This document shows positions 39,930 to 52,289 of a DNA stretch of 64,000 bases, one piece after another. Numbering within the stretch: position 1 is the stretch's first letter; each line of letters starts with the position of its first letter. A program made the translations under genes and the position numbers. This DNA comes from Octopus bimaculoides (Eukaryota). The stretch spans positions 1,212,316 through 1,276,315 of the forward strand of contig NC_069005.1 in assembly GCF_001194135.2 (NCBI RefSeq). Direction: 5' to 3'. The notes beneath the pieces were generated by a model. That model did no database searches, was not told the origin of the DNA, and was given only the letters and a program-made list of their open reading frames with translations.

Positions 39930-40160
39930 TCATAAGCTGATCAAGATACTGTCGTGGAATGCGATTAAATGAGGTTTATTTTTTTCAATATGGTCCCCCT
40001 TGCAGCGCACACCGTTCTTCCATCCATTTTGGAGTGCTTGGATCCCATTGATGAAGAAGCTTTCAATTTGTTGATCAAAAAAGTCATCAACAGCAGATGT
40101 GATGCCATCATCATTGTAATGTTGGTTCCCAGCCATGTGTTTTTCATTGTTTGGTTTGTC
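39930..40160 (-). mobile_element. Mariner transposase 3' end relic
   Basis: HMAGNQHYNDDGITSAVDDFFDQQIESFFINGIQALQNGWKNGVRCKGDHIEK followed by an end-like sequence. Confidence 0.8.
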
Positions 40161-42600
40161 CTCCACACAAAATGTTACCTGTAAATCAACAGATGAACTG
40201 GTCCTTAATCTAACCCTTTTGATACCAACAACCCTGAGAACTTTTTGCTTAGAACCATGAAATGTAACTTGAACTTCTACTAGTTTCATTCGATAGCAGC
40301 CATGCTGGGCTTCTGCCTTTTAAGGGTTCCAGTGAATTTTCAATCCTTGTCTTTTGGGTTTCATAATAAGAAACTCTTTGAAAAGGCAAAGTAAATCTAG
40401 CCTAAAACAGGGACTAAATTTGGCAGAGCCAATACTACCAGGTATTCTTTTGTTTGATGCACCAATTCTATATAAAGCATTTTTTGTTTGACACACCGAT
40501 CCCTTACTCTCTCTCACACACACACAACCATTCTCAACATCAAATTTTGAAGCCACCCTACAATGAGAGCAGCTAAAACATCAATAGTTACAAATATATT
40601 ATAATTATTATTTCTAAGAATGTCAGACTCGTCAAAGGAATGTCAAATTATCCTTGAAGAAATCGCAGAATCAGACAAAATAATGAAGAAGTAGTTCTGT
40701 TAAAAAAAAAAAAAAATTATACAAAGAAAAAGGGAGAAAAAAATGCCAAATGTTAAGAGAACATTCTAGAGATTCCATTGATAAAGAGCAGAGATAAATA
40801 AAATATTGCAAATTGTATTAGCATGTCGTGACTAACATATGTTTAGAAAAGATAAAATAATGGTGTCTTCAAGGTAACATTGAAGAAACTTGTTCAGTGA
40901 TGTCAGAGCAATGCTGAGAGACATGTTGGGACTAGAATGGCAGAGCTTCAGTTTTGTTGTACTCATCATTATGACCGTCTACTTTCCCATGTTTGCACGG
41001 ATCAGATGGAGTTTACTGAGGCTGATTTTTTATAGCTGGATGCTGTCACCAACATTCATCTGTTTCCAAGTCGGGTAAATATTTTCCCATGGCAGGACAT
41101 GTTTTTTTACAGGAGATTGGAAACAATGGACACCACTTATAGAATGGTGAAACTCATTTACAACTATCATGCAGAGTCAAGACCACACACACACACACAC
41201 ACACACACACTGAGGTGGTCAGGGATGACTGTGATAGTGAGTGGTGTGAAAGACAGTGGTGATGGTGGTGGAGAGGAAGGCCACGAAATCAAAGGTGTTG
41301 ATGGTGGTGGCGCCAGAAGTCTGAATGGTGTGTGTATGGCAATTGTGGTGGCAATGGTGGTGGTACTGGTGATGGTTGAAAACAATCAACAGAAAGACAG
41401 AGAAAGAGAGAAAGAAAGAGGTTAGACAGAAAATAAAATTTGTACTGACCCCTGAATGGGAAGACAAAAAATGTTGTTTATCATGAAGCTTTGCAATAAG
41501 TTCAAAGTCAACAAATTATATCATTGTATTTTGATGAAAATTGTTCATTGCTTGAAAAATATTGGTCAAGTTTAATAAAATTTAATATGTACTCAATGCC
41601 TGAAGAGTCATTATCGGGCTCAAGACCCAAAGAAGGGCCCTCCACAGGAGATGGCTTAAAAGCCAGCCAATAGGGCACCTTTTATGCTAGTACGCACACA
41701 CACACATACACATATGTGTGTGTGTGTGTTTGTCCCCCACCACTGCTTGACAGCTGGTGTTGGTGTGTTTACGTCCCTGTAACGTAGTGGTTGAGCAAAA
41801 GAGATCGATAGAATAGGTACCAAGCTTAAAAGAAAACAAATAAGTCCTGGGGGTCGATTCATTTAACTTAAAACTCTTTAAGGCAGTGCCCCAGCATGGC
41901 TACAGTCCAATGAATGAAACATGTGAAATAGAAGGGAAAAAAATTAAAAAGGATTAAATCTATGCAGTGTGTGTGGGGGGAGGGGGCACTAGTTCTCCCA
42001 TTTTGCTTTTTCCCTTCCTGCTTCTGCTCCTCCTCCTCCTCCTTCTCCTACACACACACACTCTTCCTTTGTCATTTCTTTTTGCCATCCCCCCCACCAC
42101 ACATTTCCTACTTCATCTCCCCGATCCCTTCCACTCTATCATTCTACTAATTGTGACTATAAAAAATCATCATCACAGATTGGACCATTGTGCTATTCAT
42201 TTCATGTTTCTTCCATGCCGTTGTTTTATCAACAACAATGGCAGAAGAGTTACTCAGGCAGAAAATGATTTATCAACTGTGTAAATCCTCTCAATTATAA
42301 AACCACCAGCAAAGGAGCCCCTAAACCAGTCATGGGTGACCTGTAGCCCACCGGTCTTTTTGATGTGACCTGCCAGATGATAATCCGTGTTGTGTCTCGT
42401 GTGGCCCATTTATTGTAAAAGCTTATCCATGTCTGTTCTAAACTGTCATTCAGTCTGCTAGAAATAACAGCTAAATCTCCCTCGCAACACACCCTACCAT
42501 TTAAAATATAGTTTAAAGAAGGACACATTGGATAATGCAGCCAGGGAAACTCGATGTCTCATGACAGCTATAGCCAGTGGGATGCTTTGGTCAATATTGA

Positions 42601-42706
42601 GGTGTTTTCGCTCAATAAACACTCACAACGCCCGGTCTGGGAATCGAAACCGCGATCCTATGACCGCGAGTCCGCTGCCCTAACCACTGGGCCATTGCGC
42701 CTCCAC
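42601..42706 (-). mobile_element. tRNA-derived SINE head, well preserved
   Basis: Minus strand TGGCCCAGTGG (A box) and GTTTCGATTCC (B box), CpGs intact. Confidence 0.85.
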
Positions 42707-42714
42707 CGTTACAG

Positions 42715-43385
42715 ACTACGAAGGCGGGAAAAAGGTGAGAGCTATGGCAGACGATACGGGCCTGGCACATTCTACCATCTCTACTATTTTGAAGGATAAA
42801 GTTAAAGTGAAGGCGGCAGCCAGAAGTTCGACAGGCTTTAAAGTATGCATCACAAGACATCGGAAAGGTCTCATTCACGAGATGGAAAAGTTGCTGGCAA
42901 TCTGGATTAACGATCAGAATTGCGATGAGCAGTATTTTCACCACACTGAAGGAGCAACAGGAAGAAGGATCAACTGAGACATTTACGGCAAGCAAGCCAT
43001 GGCTGGTTTCAACGATTTCGTTCAAGATTAATCTGCAGAATCGTAGCATCAGCGGTGAGGCAGCGAGCGCCGAAGTTCGTTCAAGATTTCGACAAAATTG
43101 TCGTTGATGGTGGCTATCGTCCAGAACAAATATTGGAAACATTTGCAGCACATGCAAGAAGAAGAAGGAACAGAAGAAGGACAAAAGAAGTTCACCGTCA
43201 AGGGATTAGCGAGTGTTTTCTCGAAGATTAAATTCTGTTATGCTAAAACTTGAGGCAATGGATCCAAATTTTGAGCGATTTTCCAAGGAAAACAGACAAC
43301 TGAACTTTTCTGATGTTATCGAGAAATTTATGACGAAAAAATGAAGATAACAAAACAAACAACACTGACGGGATTTTTCATTCAT
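42715..43385 (+). mobile_element. Tigger/pogo-type transposase relic (frameshifted, DDE domain largely deleted)
   Basis: DYEGGKKVRAMADDTGLAHSTISTILKDK (HTH), EMEKLLAIWINDQ, FTASK, SGEAASA, GYRPEQI, and C-terminal KQTTLTGFF. Confidence 0.85.
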
Positions 43386-43888
43386 TTTGATGTCAAGAAT
43401 TAGTTGCTTTTATAATCTTTATCCAAAGCAAAACAAAGTTATTATGTTTGTGTTTTCTTTTAAACCTTTTCACCCTTTTCTATATAATCCTGAGAAAAGT
43501 TTATTACAAAAGCATCTTATGTACTGGGCCTGAAATCACAAACATACTTACGATGTCTGAGCTACAATAATACAATATCCAGATCCTAACTTTTATGAAC
43601 AGAGATGGACATTAAAAAGTCATTTTATTTCTACAAGTCAGAAAGGATTATTATTCGCGAAAAAAGAAAGAACATTTTTGAAATTTCCCAAAATATAGAT
43701 TCAGAAAGGATTTTTCAGGTGAGAACTTTCACTGAATAATTTTTCTTACTCTTTGAACAAAGTTTCTACTGAAATCATTTTGTGTTTAACTAAAAAAAAA
43801 AGCCTAACTTTGAAAAAAAATTGCTTGAACTGAAATCTCTTTCGAGTTTAATTTAAATAATTTTAAAATGCATAAATTTTAAGAAATA

Positions 43889-44278
43889 GGCGCAGGAGAA
43901 ATAGGTGTGGTAAGTAGCTTGCTTACCAACCACATAGTTCCAAGTTCAGTCCCACTGCATGGCATCTTGAGCAAGTGTCTTCTACTATAGCCTCGGGCCG
44001 ACCAAAGCCTTGTGAGTGGATTTGGTAGACGGAAACTGAAAGAAGCCCGTCGTATATATATATGTATGTTTGTGTGTCTGTGTTTGTCCCCCCCAACATC
44101 GCTTGACAACCGATGCTGGTGTGTTTACGTCCCCGTAACTTAGCGGTTCGGCAAAAAGAGACCGATAGAATAAGTACTATACGGCTTACAAAGAATAAGT
44201 CCTGGGCTCGATTTGCTCGACTAAAGGCGGTGCTCCAGTATGGTCGCAGTCAAATGACTGACACAAGTAAAAGAGTAA
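43889..44278 (+). mobile_element. Composite octopus-type SINE, near full length
   Basis: tRNA-like head, cctcgggccgaccaaagccttgtgagtggatttggtagacggaaactgaaagaagcccg body, microsatellite linker and aataagtact...gtcaaatgactga tail. Degenerate copies at about 8600-8745, 16365-16500, 31670-31800, 33215-33490, 34295-34480, 35790-36030, 41690-41930, 56540-56960 and 59775-59910. Confidence 0.85.
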
Positions 44279-44559
44279 TCCTAAAAGGTCTTTCCATATG
44301 CTAGAGATAACAGCCAAATCTTTAAACATTATTTTTTATATAATTTCAAATAAAGAAAAACGGAAACCACGATTGTAAAAAAAAACAACACTTTCATACT
44401 TTAATTATGGGTGTCAAGGAATGTGAAGAAGAAAAAAACCCGGAAAATATAAGCATGGGGCTTTTGTCCAGCACTCCCAGTTGCAATCGGCTGGCTATGT
44501 GGCTGAGTACGGCATGTACTCTATACAGTACTCTATACCTATGAAAAAACAATATGTAC

Positions 44560-44644
44560 CCTATGAATATTCGTTTAACGACGAATTTGCTTAACGACGG
44601 GGCTGTTGGAACGTAACTCAGTCGTTAAATGAGGACAGTCTGTA
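44560..44644. mobile_element. Tigger-type terminal repeat end
   Basis: gtcgttaaatgaggacagtctg followed by TA, with internal ttaacgac repeats. Confidence 0.6.
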
Positions 44645-45402
44645 ATACATATTAAATATTAATATATAATTTTATTAAAAGACATCTATAATTAACTGTG
44701 TACACAAAAAGTGTATGAATAAACTCCGTTTGCAGTTGTAATTACGTTGATGTGAAAACATCTGGCCTCATGAGTGATATGTAAATCATCATCATCACAG
44801 ATTTTATTTCAAATGCAGAGGATGGAACTCGTGTATGTTTACCCACATACCACTGGTAACCCTTGTCGTCCAATCAAGTCGAAAACTTCAGGGTCCTACT
44901 CTTTACCCAGGAGAGCTGATAGAAATTCTGAAGTGTAAACAAGTGGATGTGTGCTATGTGGAGGAGAGAAGATGGAAGGGAGTCTCAACTGGATTCCTTA
45001 CTGGCATGGAGGAACAGATGTTACAAATTCGGGGGNNNNNNNNNNGGGGGGGTAAGAGTGACACAGGTAAATGCAATTAGCATATTCCTACCTGTGAAAT
45101 AGACACATGAGGCAACTGACCTATTATGCAATAGAGTAATGGTGTACGTGTGTATGATAAAATAATAAAGCTTAAATTGGTCATAGGCACAATATTAGTG
45201 TGAGTTATTTCTGAATACACATTCGGAAGTTGTAGAACAATGGAAGAACTTGTTTTTATGAAGTTCTTCCGCAGGCTACAGTCATAACTAATAATTGATT
45301 TTATTATCACAGCTGTACAATTTCATATTGAATGACCGTATATCTTCAGTGGAGGACATGGTTGGTGTTAGGTACGATGAAAGAAGTGAGGAGAGATCAC
45401 AA

Positions 45403-45584
45403 TTTGTGGGATCCTCTAATACAAATGACCTGACTATCTGTAACTTGACCCTTAGGAAGGCGATGAGCCACTTAGGAAGGCAGTGAGCCACTTGACCAGA
45501 CTGAAAGCTGATCAAGTGGCTCACCGCCTTCCTGAGGGTCAAGTTACAGGTAGTCAGGTCATTTGTATCAGAGGATCCCACAAA
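45403..45584. repeat. Inverted repeat with arms of about 70 bp and a 20-bp tandem duplication in the left arm, inside the SLC45A3 intron
   Basis: tttgtgggatcctc...gagccactt versus aagtggctc...gaggatcccacaaa. Mismatches are transitions. Confidence 0.92.
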
Positions 45585-45846
45585 AATATCAAATAACTAG
45601 AAGAGAAGTTAGACATCAGATATACATAGGAAAGAGAGAGGCAGAAAGAGAGTAGTTTGTACATGTTCTGTGAGGTGGGAGGGGGGGGGTCAGAGGTGTG
45701 AGATGTTCTGGAGAAGTAGGCAGAGGTGGATGAGATGTTGTTGGAAAGGATTCCATACAGAATGATAACAATGGACTTGAACAGTGAAACAGGAAGAAAG
45801 ATACATGGAAATGATACTTTGAGAAGCTATTAAATGTGGAGAATAT

Positions 45847-45882
<36 letters not shown>

Positions 45883-46199
45883 GAGACTCTACAATAACAG
45901 AGGGGGAGCAGCAATTTGAACTGATGGTAGCATAGTAGATAGAGCAACTAAGGATATGAAGGTAGAAAAAGCAGGTGGGTCTTTGGAGATGGTTGCTGGG
46001 GTACTTAAATTTCTGGCTAAGTAGGATATAGGATAGTTGCCGATGCATAGTCAAAAGAAGGCATCCTTCCCAGTGATTGGTAATGCAGTATCATTGTAAA
46101 TTACTAAAAGAGTAAAAGAGATTCATTAGAGAGAAAGAAAGGGAACAGAGTCATTATATTATAGTTGGACCAAATTATGAAACTTACAGAAAGAATTAT

Positions 46200-46480
46200 T
46201 GAAAAATTGATTAGGAACAAGAAGATTGAGATACAGTTTGGCTGGGCACCAAAGGAGACGACTGCAAGAGAAGTATTTGACTAGAAGCAAGCCTCAATGC
46301 TTGGCTTTTGTTAACGTCACTTGGTGGTCTGGTAGTTTCTAAGGAAGCTGGGTCCAGATGAATGCCTTGTAAGGATCATAAAAGCCAGTACAGGGATGCA
46401 GTTGACAGAAGAAGAGCCAGCAATGAGAACAGTGAACTTAGAATTTAGGTAGGGGCTGATGCAAAAGTATCTCGGGCAAT
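46200..46480 (+). mobile_element. RTE LINE reverse-transcriptase remnant
   Basis: EIQFG, LQEKYLTRSKPQCLAFVN, LRKLGPDECLVRII, YRDAV. Confidence 0.7.
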
Positions 46481-47858
46481 AAAGAACCTCATTGATGCTG
46501 TAAACTTTCAGCAAAACAATGCAATATACTAGGCAGGTGAAGAAAACAACAAGTATGTATGTTTACCTAGAAAGTTCTAAACCTGAAAACACTCCACAAC
46601 CAGGATTTACAAGATGTGGAAGGATTGCAATTCCAGAGTCACAGTTCCTACATGGCCTCGAGGGAAATATAAGTAGCAAAACAACTTTTCATGTATCCAT
46701 TACAAATATAGCAAAAAATGTGCACAAACACAATGTTCTATTCAACCTTGTTGCCAGGTGGAAAATTTGGTATATTTTTAATTCCATGCTACACATGTTT
46801 TATTACAAGATAGGAACTACAAGGTATGTATACACACACACATGTGTGTGTGTGTGTGTGTGTAGAAAATTTATGGAATCTCCTCTCCATAATTCTTCAG
46901 ACGAGGTGGTGAGAAAGGACCATTGGATGCTGAGGAAATGAGAAGGGACCAGGGGAAGTTGTGGCAATTGGCTGTTCTTGAGAAGATGTGCCAAGCTAAG
47001 GTAAAACCATTGCCGTCCATAGAGACTTGCCCTTTACAGGTGCCAGTGCCACGTTCAATGCACTCGTGCTACTGCTGCGTAAATGCACCCGTGCCGGTGG
47101 GACGTCAGGAGTATTCGGCTCTCTCTGTAAAAGGGGTTGGCATTAGGGAGGGCATCCGATTGTAGAAATTATGTCAAAACAGACGGCTGGAGTCTGGACA
47201 GCCCCTTGCTAGCCAGCTCAATGTCAGACTGTCCGATCCATGCCAACATGGAAAGTGGATGTTAAATGACGATGATGATGTGTGTGTATTTAATATTCAC
47301 ACACACACACACACGCATAGCCATATCTACATATATATACACACACACACACACGTGTGAGTGTGTGTGTCATTTTTGATGCCATTCCTCATTTATTACA
47401 ACTGGTGACCTCATTACCTCCATTGTGTGTGTGTGTGTGCGTTACATATAATTAATTACTCATCGAGAGTCACAACAACAGCCTACAACCTGACTGTAGC
47501 AACACAAACCATTAATGAAACGCTTACCGAGGAGTCAGTTGGACTGTGTAACATGTTGCCCACACACACACACACACACACCATTTTAACATGATAACCA
47601 CATGCACGTGCATGCACCCACACAGGACAGCTATTGTGGTTTGAATTGATCAAACCTACAAAACAGAATAACTAAACCCTTTATAAACCCTCGGCCAAGT
47701 TTTAAAGAAGGAATTACATTTCTTTAGGCCCTAAAATTCTAGGCTAGCATATCTTATAATAAATATTAGTAAAACATATACTTGAATCTAACACACTTAA
47801 AATACAAAGACATATAATTACTGGGATGACCCAATATATATATATATATATATATATA

Positions 47859-48646
47859 NNNNNNNNNNNNNNNNNNNNNNNNNNNNNNNNNNNNNNNNNN
47901 NNNNNNNNNNNNNNNNNNNNNNNNNNNNNNNNNNNNNNNNNNNNNNNNNNNNNNNNNNNNNNNNNNNNNNNNNNNNNNNNNNNNNNNNNNNNNNNNNNNN
48001 NNNNNNNNNNNNNNNNNNNNNNNNNNNNNNNNNNNNNNNNNNNNNNNNNNNNNNNNNNNNNNNNNNNNNNNNNNNNNNNNNNNNNNNNNNNNNNNNNNNN
48101 NNNNNNNNNNNNNNNNNNNNNNNNNNNNNNNNNNNNNNNNNNNNNNNNNNNNNNNNNNNNNNNNNNNNNNNNNNNNNNNNNNNNNNNNNNNNNNNNNNNN
48201 NNNNNNNNNNNNNNNNNNNNNNNNNNNNNNNNNNNNNNNNNNNNNNNNNNNNNNNNNNNNNNNNNNNNNNNNNNNNNNNNNNNNNNNNNNNNNNNNNNNN
48301 NNNNNNNNNNNNNNNNNNNNNNNNNNNNNNNNNNNNNNNNNNNNNNNNNNNNNNNNNNNNNNNNNNNNNNNNNNNNNNNNNNNNNNNNNNNNNNNNNNNN
48401 NNNNNNNNNNNNNNNNNNNNNNNNNNNNNNNNNNNNNNNNNNNNNNNNNNNNNNNNNNNNNNNNNNNNNNNNNNNNNNNNNNNNNNNNNNNNNNNNNNNN
48501 NNNNNNNNNNNNNNNNNNNNNNNNNNNNNNNNNNNNNNNNNNNNNNNNNNNNNNNNNNNNNNNNNNNNNNNNNNNNNNNNNNNNNNNNNNNNNNNNNNNN
48601 NNNNNNNNNNNNNNNNNNNNNNNNNNNNNNNNNNNNNNNNNNNNNN

Positions 48647-48647
<1 letters not shown>
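47859..48647. other. Assembly gap in the SLC45A3 intron
   Basis: N run flanked by (TA)n. Confidence 1.
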
Positions 48648-48687
<40 letters not shown>

Positions 48688-48810
48688 TATGTATAGATTT
48701 ATGTATATCTATATATTTATGTATATGTATACACACACATACACTCACAGAAAAGTAGTAATAATGAAAGGTACTAAAACAACAAGATGAATAAATCTGC
48801 CTGTACTCAC

Positions 48811-50262
48811 CTCTTTATCTGCATGGTAATCCGAAACAAGGATAAAAGGAATGGTTGTTAATGTAGCAAATCCGAAACCTGTGACTGCAGCCACAGCGTT
48901 TACAATGATTATATTGTGACAGAATACCATTATGAACATAGCGAGGGAGAAACTGGCCATTCCGCAAAGATAGGTGAGCCGGCAGCCGTACCGTTCCACC
49001 AAACGCTCAATGAAAGGGGAGTATGCAGCAGATGTCATGCAATGTAGCAGGAGACCCCAGCTTCCCATTCGTACGCCTTCGTCGAAATTGTTCCGTGACA
49101 AGGAATTCTCGGGGGCGTTAGGATTGCCATCGTAAACGGCTTGGCCAACGTAATCGGTGTAGAAAAGTGTGAATCCCATCACAGCAGTCCAACTACAGAA
49201 GTTGGCAGCAGCTAGCTGCCGGAGAACGAGGGGTATATCAAGTAAAACTTGGATATTTTCAGGTAATCGATGATATATGCCCGTCCAGAGAGATTGAATA
49301 AGGCGTTTGCTATATTTACAAATATGATAAATGATTGGCAATTTAGCAGTCAATAATATTAAGCTGAGTATACAAGAAATTACTTTTGACATGAACATGG
49401 GTGATGAGTTGATCAATCTGGTCTTTGATGTTGTTCTTTGATTTTTTAGTAATGTTGCAGAAGTTGTGTTATCGTCTGATATAGATTCGTTACTGCTTGT
49501 TTCATAACCAGACTCATGAATATTGTTCGTTACTAAAGGCACCCCTTCTACGTCTCCAGAATATAACAGTGATTGTTCTTGGCTGTTCTGTAACTGTGGA
49601 GTCTCCTCTGCAATCATCAGAGTCGCAGCAGATGATAAAAGATATAAAACTATGAGAATTGCAAAAATGGATTGTTCCTGTCCCCCGAAATAGTGTCCGA
49701 GAGATGAGTTGCTCCAGTCGAGAGCTGTTATCAAATAACCAACACAGCCACCAAAGCTGACCATGAAAGAATAAATTGTAAAAATTCTCTCTTTCTGATC
49801 TGTTCCTTCCGAAGCGTCCGAAAGCAGAGCCTCACATGGTGTTAGCAATGACTGTGTGGAGAAATCCAGTAAGATGACACCAGCTGTCAGAACTAGGATC
49901 CCTAAGTGGGAGCTGGTTATCACTTCACTCTGTTCTGTGAGATAAAGGTTATCCCCAGACAGAATGAATACAAGAGATAACAGAATCAGCAGAGATATCC
50001 AAAATATGAAAGGACGCCTTCTACCATATCTACTTTTACACTGATCACTGGCTCGACCCATGAGGGGCACAATGATCAAACAGAGAAGTGGACCCATTCC
50101 CAGAATGATGCTCATATTCTCTTCAGAATAACCAACTTTGAGAAGCAGTGGAGAGATGCACGTGAAACCAGCACATGCACAGATTTCAACTCCAAAGACG
50201 ACAGAGTTGAGCAGAACCATCTGCGAGAAGGACAAGGTTTTCTTGCTTTGCTGTTGCAACAT
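48811..50262 (-). CDS. SLC45A3: SLC45A3 (prostein)-like MFS sugar/H+ symporter, large first coding exon (484 codons)
   Basis: Motifs GRASDQCKSRYGRRRPFI, LLDFSTQSLLTPCEALLSD, GGCVGYLITALDW and FYTDYVGQAVYDG, FDEGVRMGSWGL. Ends YHADKE|gtgagt. Exon acceptor (ttcctttgtccag) places the exon start at 50417. Confidence 0.95.
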
Positions 50263-50307
50263 CTTCGCTTGTCTTGCAGTTTCTCCAACAGAAGAATTGG
50301 TCGATGC

Positions 50308-50388
50308 TCATAAATGTTTGTGTAACAGGTACAGCTTTTCCTTCAGTTCGCTTGTTGCATTGTGCTTCGCTTTCATTGTCCAGTCCAT
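50308..50388 (-). other. Upstream ORF MDWTMKAKHNATSELKEKLYLLHKHL*, in frame with the SLC45A3 CDS
   Basis: ATG at 50388 (aaaATGG), TGA at 50310-50308. Main ATG is at 50262, exactly 16 codons after the TGA. Confidence 0.7.
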
Positions 50389-50795
50389 TTTAAGGGTGGG
50401 AAGACAGGTCTTGAAAGCTGGACAAAGGAATAGAGAAAAATAAAAGAATCATTTTAGAAAAATAACAAGGAGTGTAATGGAATTTTAAAGAAATATTCAA
50501 TAATTGTAAAATTGTAAAATCTATGGTTAAAGCCAGATGTTCTTTTGGAATGAGGGCGAGTGGCTGCAGCTGCTTGGACACTGGAGATTTGGCATGGCTG
50601 ACTGGACATTCAACTTGTTTGGGTGACAATATGTTTTGATGCTGAAGGCAAACACACACACACACACAAATATACAGAGACAGACAGACAGACAGACAGA
50701 GGGAGTGAAAGAGAGGGGGAGGGAGAGGAGAGAAACATTAAAATGTCTGATGACAACCCTGTAGCATTCAAGCTGGCCATATCTGACCAAAATAT

Positions 50796-50977
50796 TTAAC
50801 CCGTTTTATGTTGAAACTGACCAGATCCAGCCTCTCACACCAACCCTACAATGTCATTCTAAAACTAAATTACATCATTGAGATCTCTAAATTACAAGAC
50901 AATGCATGATTAATCCAAAACAATATAAATAAACAAACATTAGATTTGGTAGAATAATCTGAGTTCTAAAAGGTTAA
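50796..50977. mobile_element. Possible TTAA-bounded (piggyBac-type) MITE
   Basis: ttaaccc...aaggttaa ends. The terminal inverted repeat is weak. Confidence 0.3.
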
Positions 50978-51056
50978 GACAGCATTAAATCAATGATGCC
51001 AAACAGGGCAGCACCAAATCAGCCATGCCAAGACATCTCATCGCTTATTCTTTTAC

Positions 51057-51217
51057 CATTTCAGTGGACATTTCTATCGCAACCAAAACTTATATTTTCC
51101 GGGGTAGGGCCTGCACTCTCCCCATCTTCATCAATCAGCCCAGCCTCTTCAAACTGATCGCATCTTCAGCAAACTATGCCACTTCTCATAGTTTAGTGAA
51201 CAGTCATAAGAACAGAA
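51057..51217 (-). other. Candidate 5'-UTR exon of SLC45A3
   Basis: ttctctctccag acceptor and ATG|gtaaaa donor around unique sequence with stops in all three frames. No transcript evidence. Confidence 0.3.
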
Positions 51218-52251
51218 CTGGAGAGAGAACGTGGCGGCATCGAATGGAGTCTGGCTTTTGTTTGTTTATAAGATTTACTAGTTTATAAAAGTTATGAATC
51301 AGAAGTGAGATAACTGTGGATGTATGAGGGGGAGGGGGAAGAGAGAGAAAGAGAGAGAGAGAGAGAGAGGCTGAGGCTGAGACAGAGAGAAAGAGAGAAA
51401 ATGTTTCATAGGGTGTGGTGTATATGGAGGAGAGAGAGAAAGAGAGAGAGAGTTGAAAAGAAGTGTGTGTAGAGACAGGGAGAGAGAAAGAGTCGATAAG
51501 GTATGTGCATAGAGAGAGAGAGAGAAAGAGTGAGAAGCAAGACAACAGCAAGAAACTTTTAATAAGATGTATGTTTGAATAAAAAGAGGTGAGATATCTT
51601 TGCAGTTCTACATTTGCACCTGTGTATGCCAATTTGTGTATAGCAAGGTAGAAATGTGCTTAATGCAACAGAGAGAGAGAGAGAATGTACTGTAGTAGAA
51701 TTGGGCATATAGTTAAACAGAAGTATGAAAGGGGAGGACATGTTGTGGCAGGTTTTATATATAAAAAAACAAAGATAAAAGGTGGGTATTTTCTTGTCGT
51801 TTCATTCTTTTCCTTGTTTAAGTTATTTGACTGTGGCCAAGCTGGGGCACCACAGTGAAGGGCTTTTTTAGTCAAGCAAACTTCCAGTTTTTAAGGATTC
51901 TAAATTAAAACCTTGCATCAAAATTCCATATTAATTTGTTTCAAATGCCAGCTTTAAGGAGGACAAAGTTATTTTAGTAACTTCTTCCCTATTTACAAAA
52001 TCATTCGAACAAAGGCAGCGCATTTCGACAGAGAAATGGTAAAAAAAAAAAAAAGGGTTAAACAAGACCAGCTGGTGAAGGGGTGTGACAGTGAGTATAA
52101 AGACAAAAGTGAAATAACAACCAGAAGAGCAGAATTTTATGTGGAGTGGTCATTGTAGGTTTGTCTGTGATGATCAGGTTGATAGATTTACATGAATAAA
52201 CAGGCTGACATTAATGATTGATGACTTGCAAATGAAAGGTTGATGAATCTG

Positions 52252-52289
<38 letters not shown>

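Noticed and set aside
42601-42706. tRNA gene
   Set aside because: A and B boxes are present, but it continues into SINE body sequence and lacks a clean acceptor stem, so it is a tRNA-derived SINE head.
48745-48810. C-terminal VSTGRFIHL... extension of the 505-aa ORF
   Set aside because: Read-through into the intron. GAG|gtgagt is a consensus donor and homology resumes at 39832.
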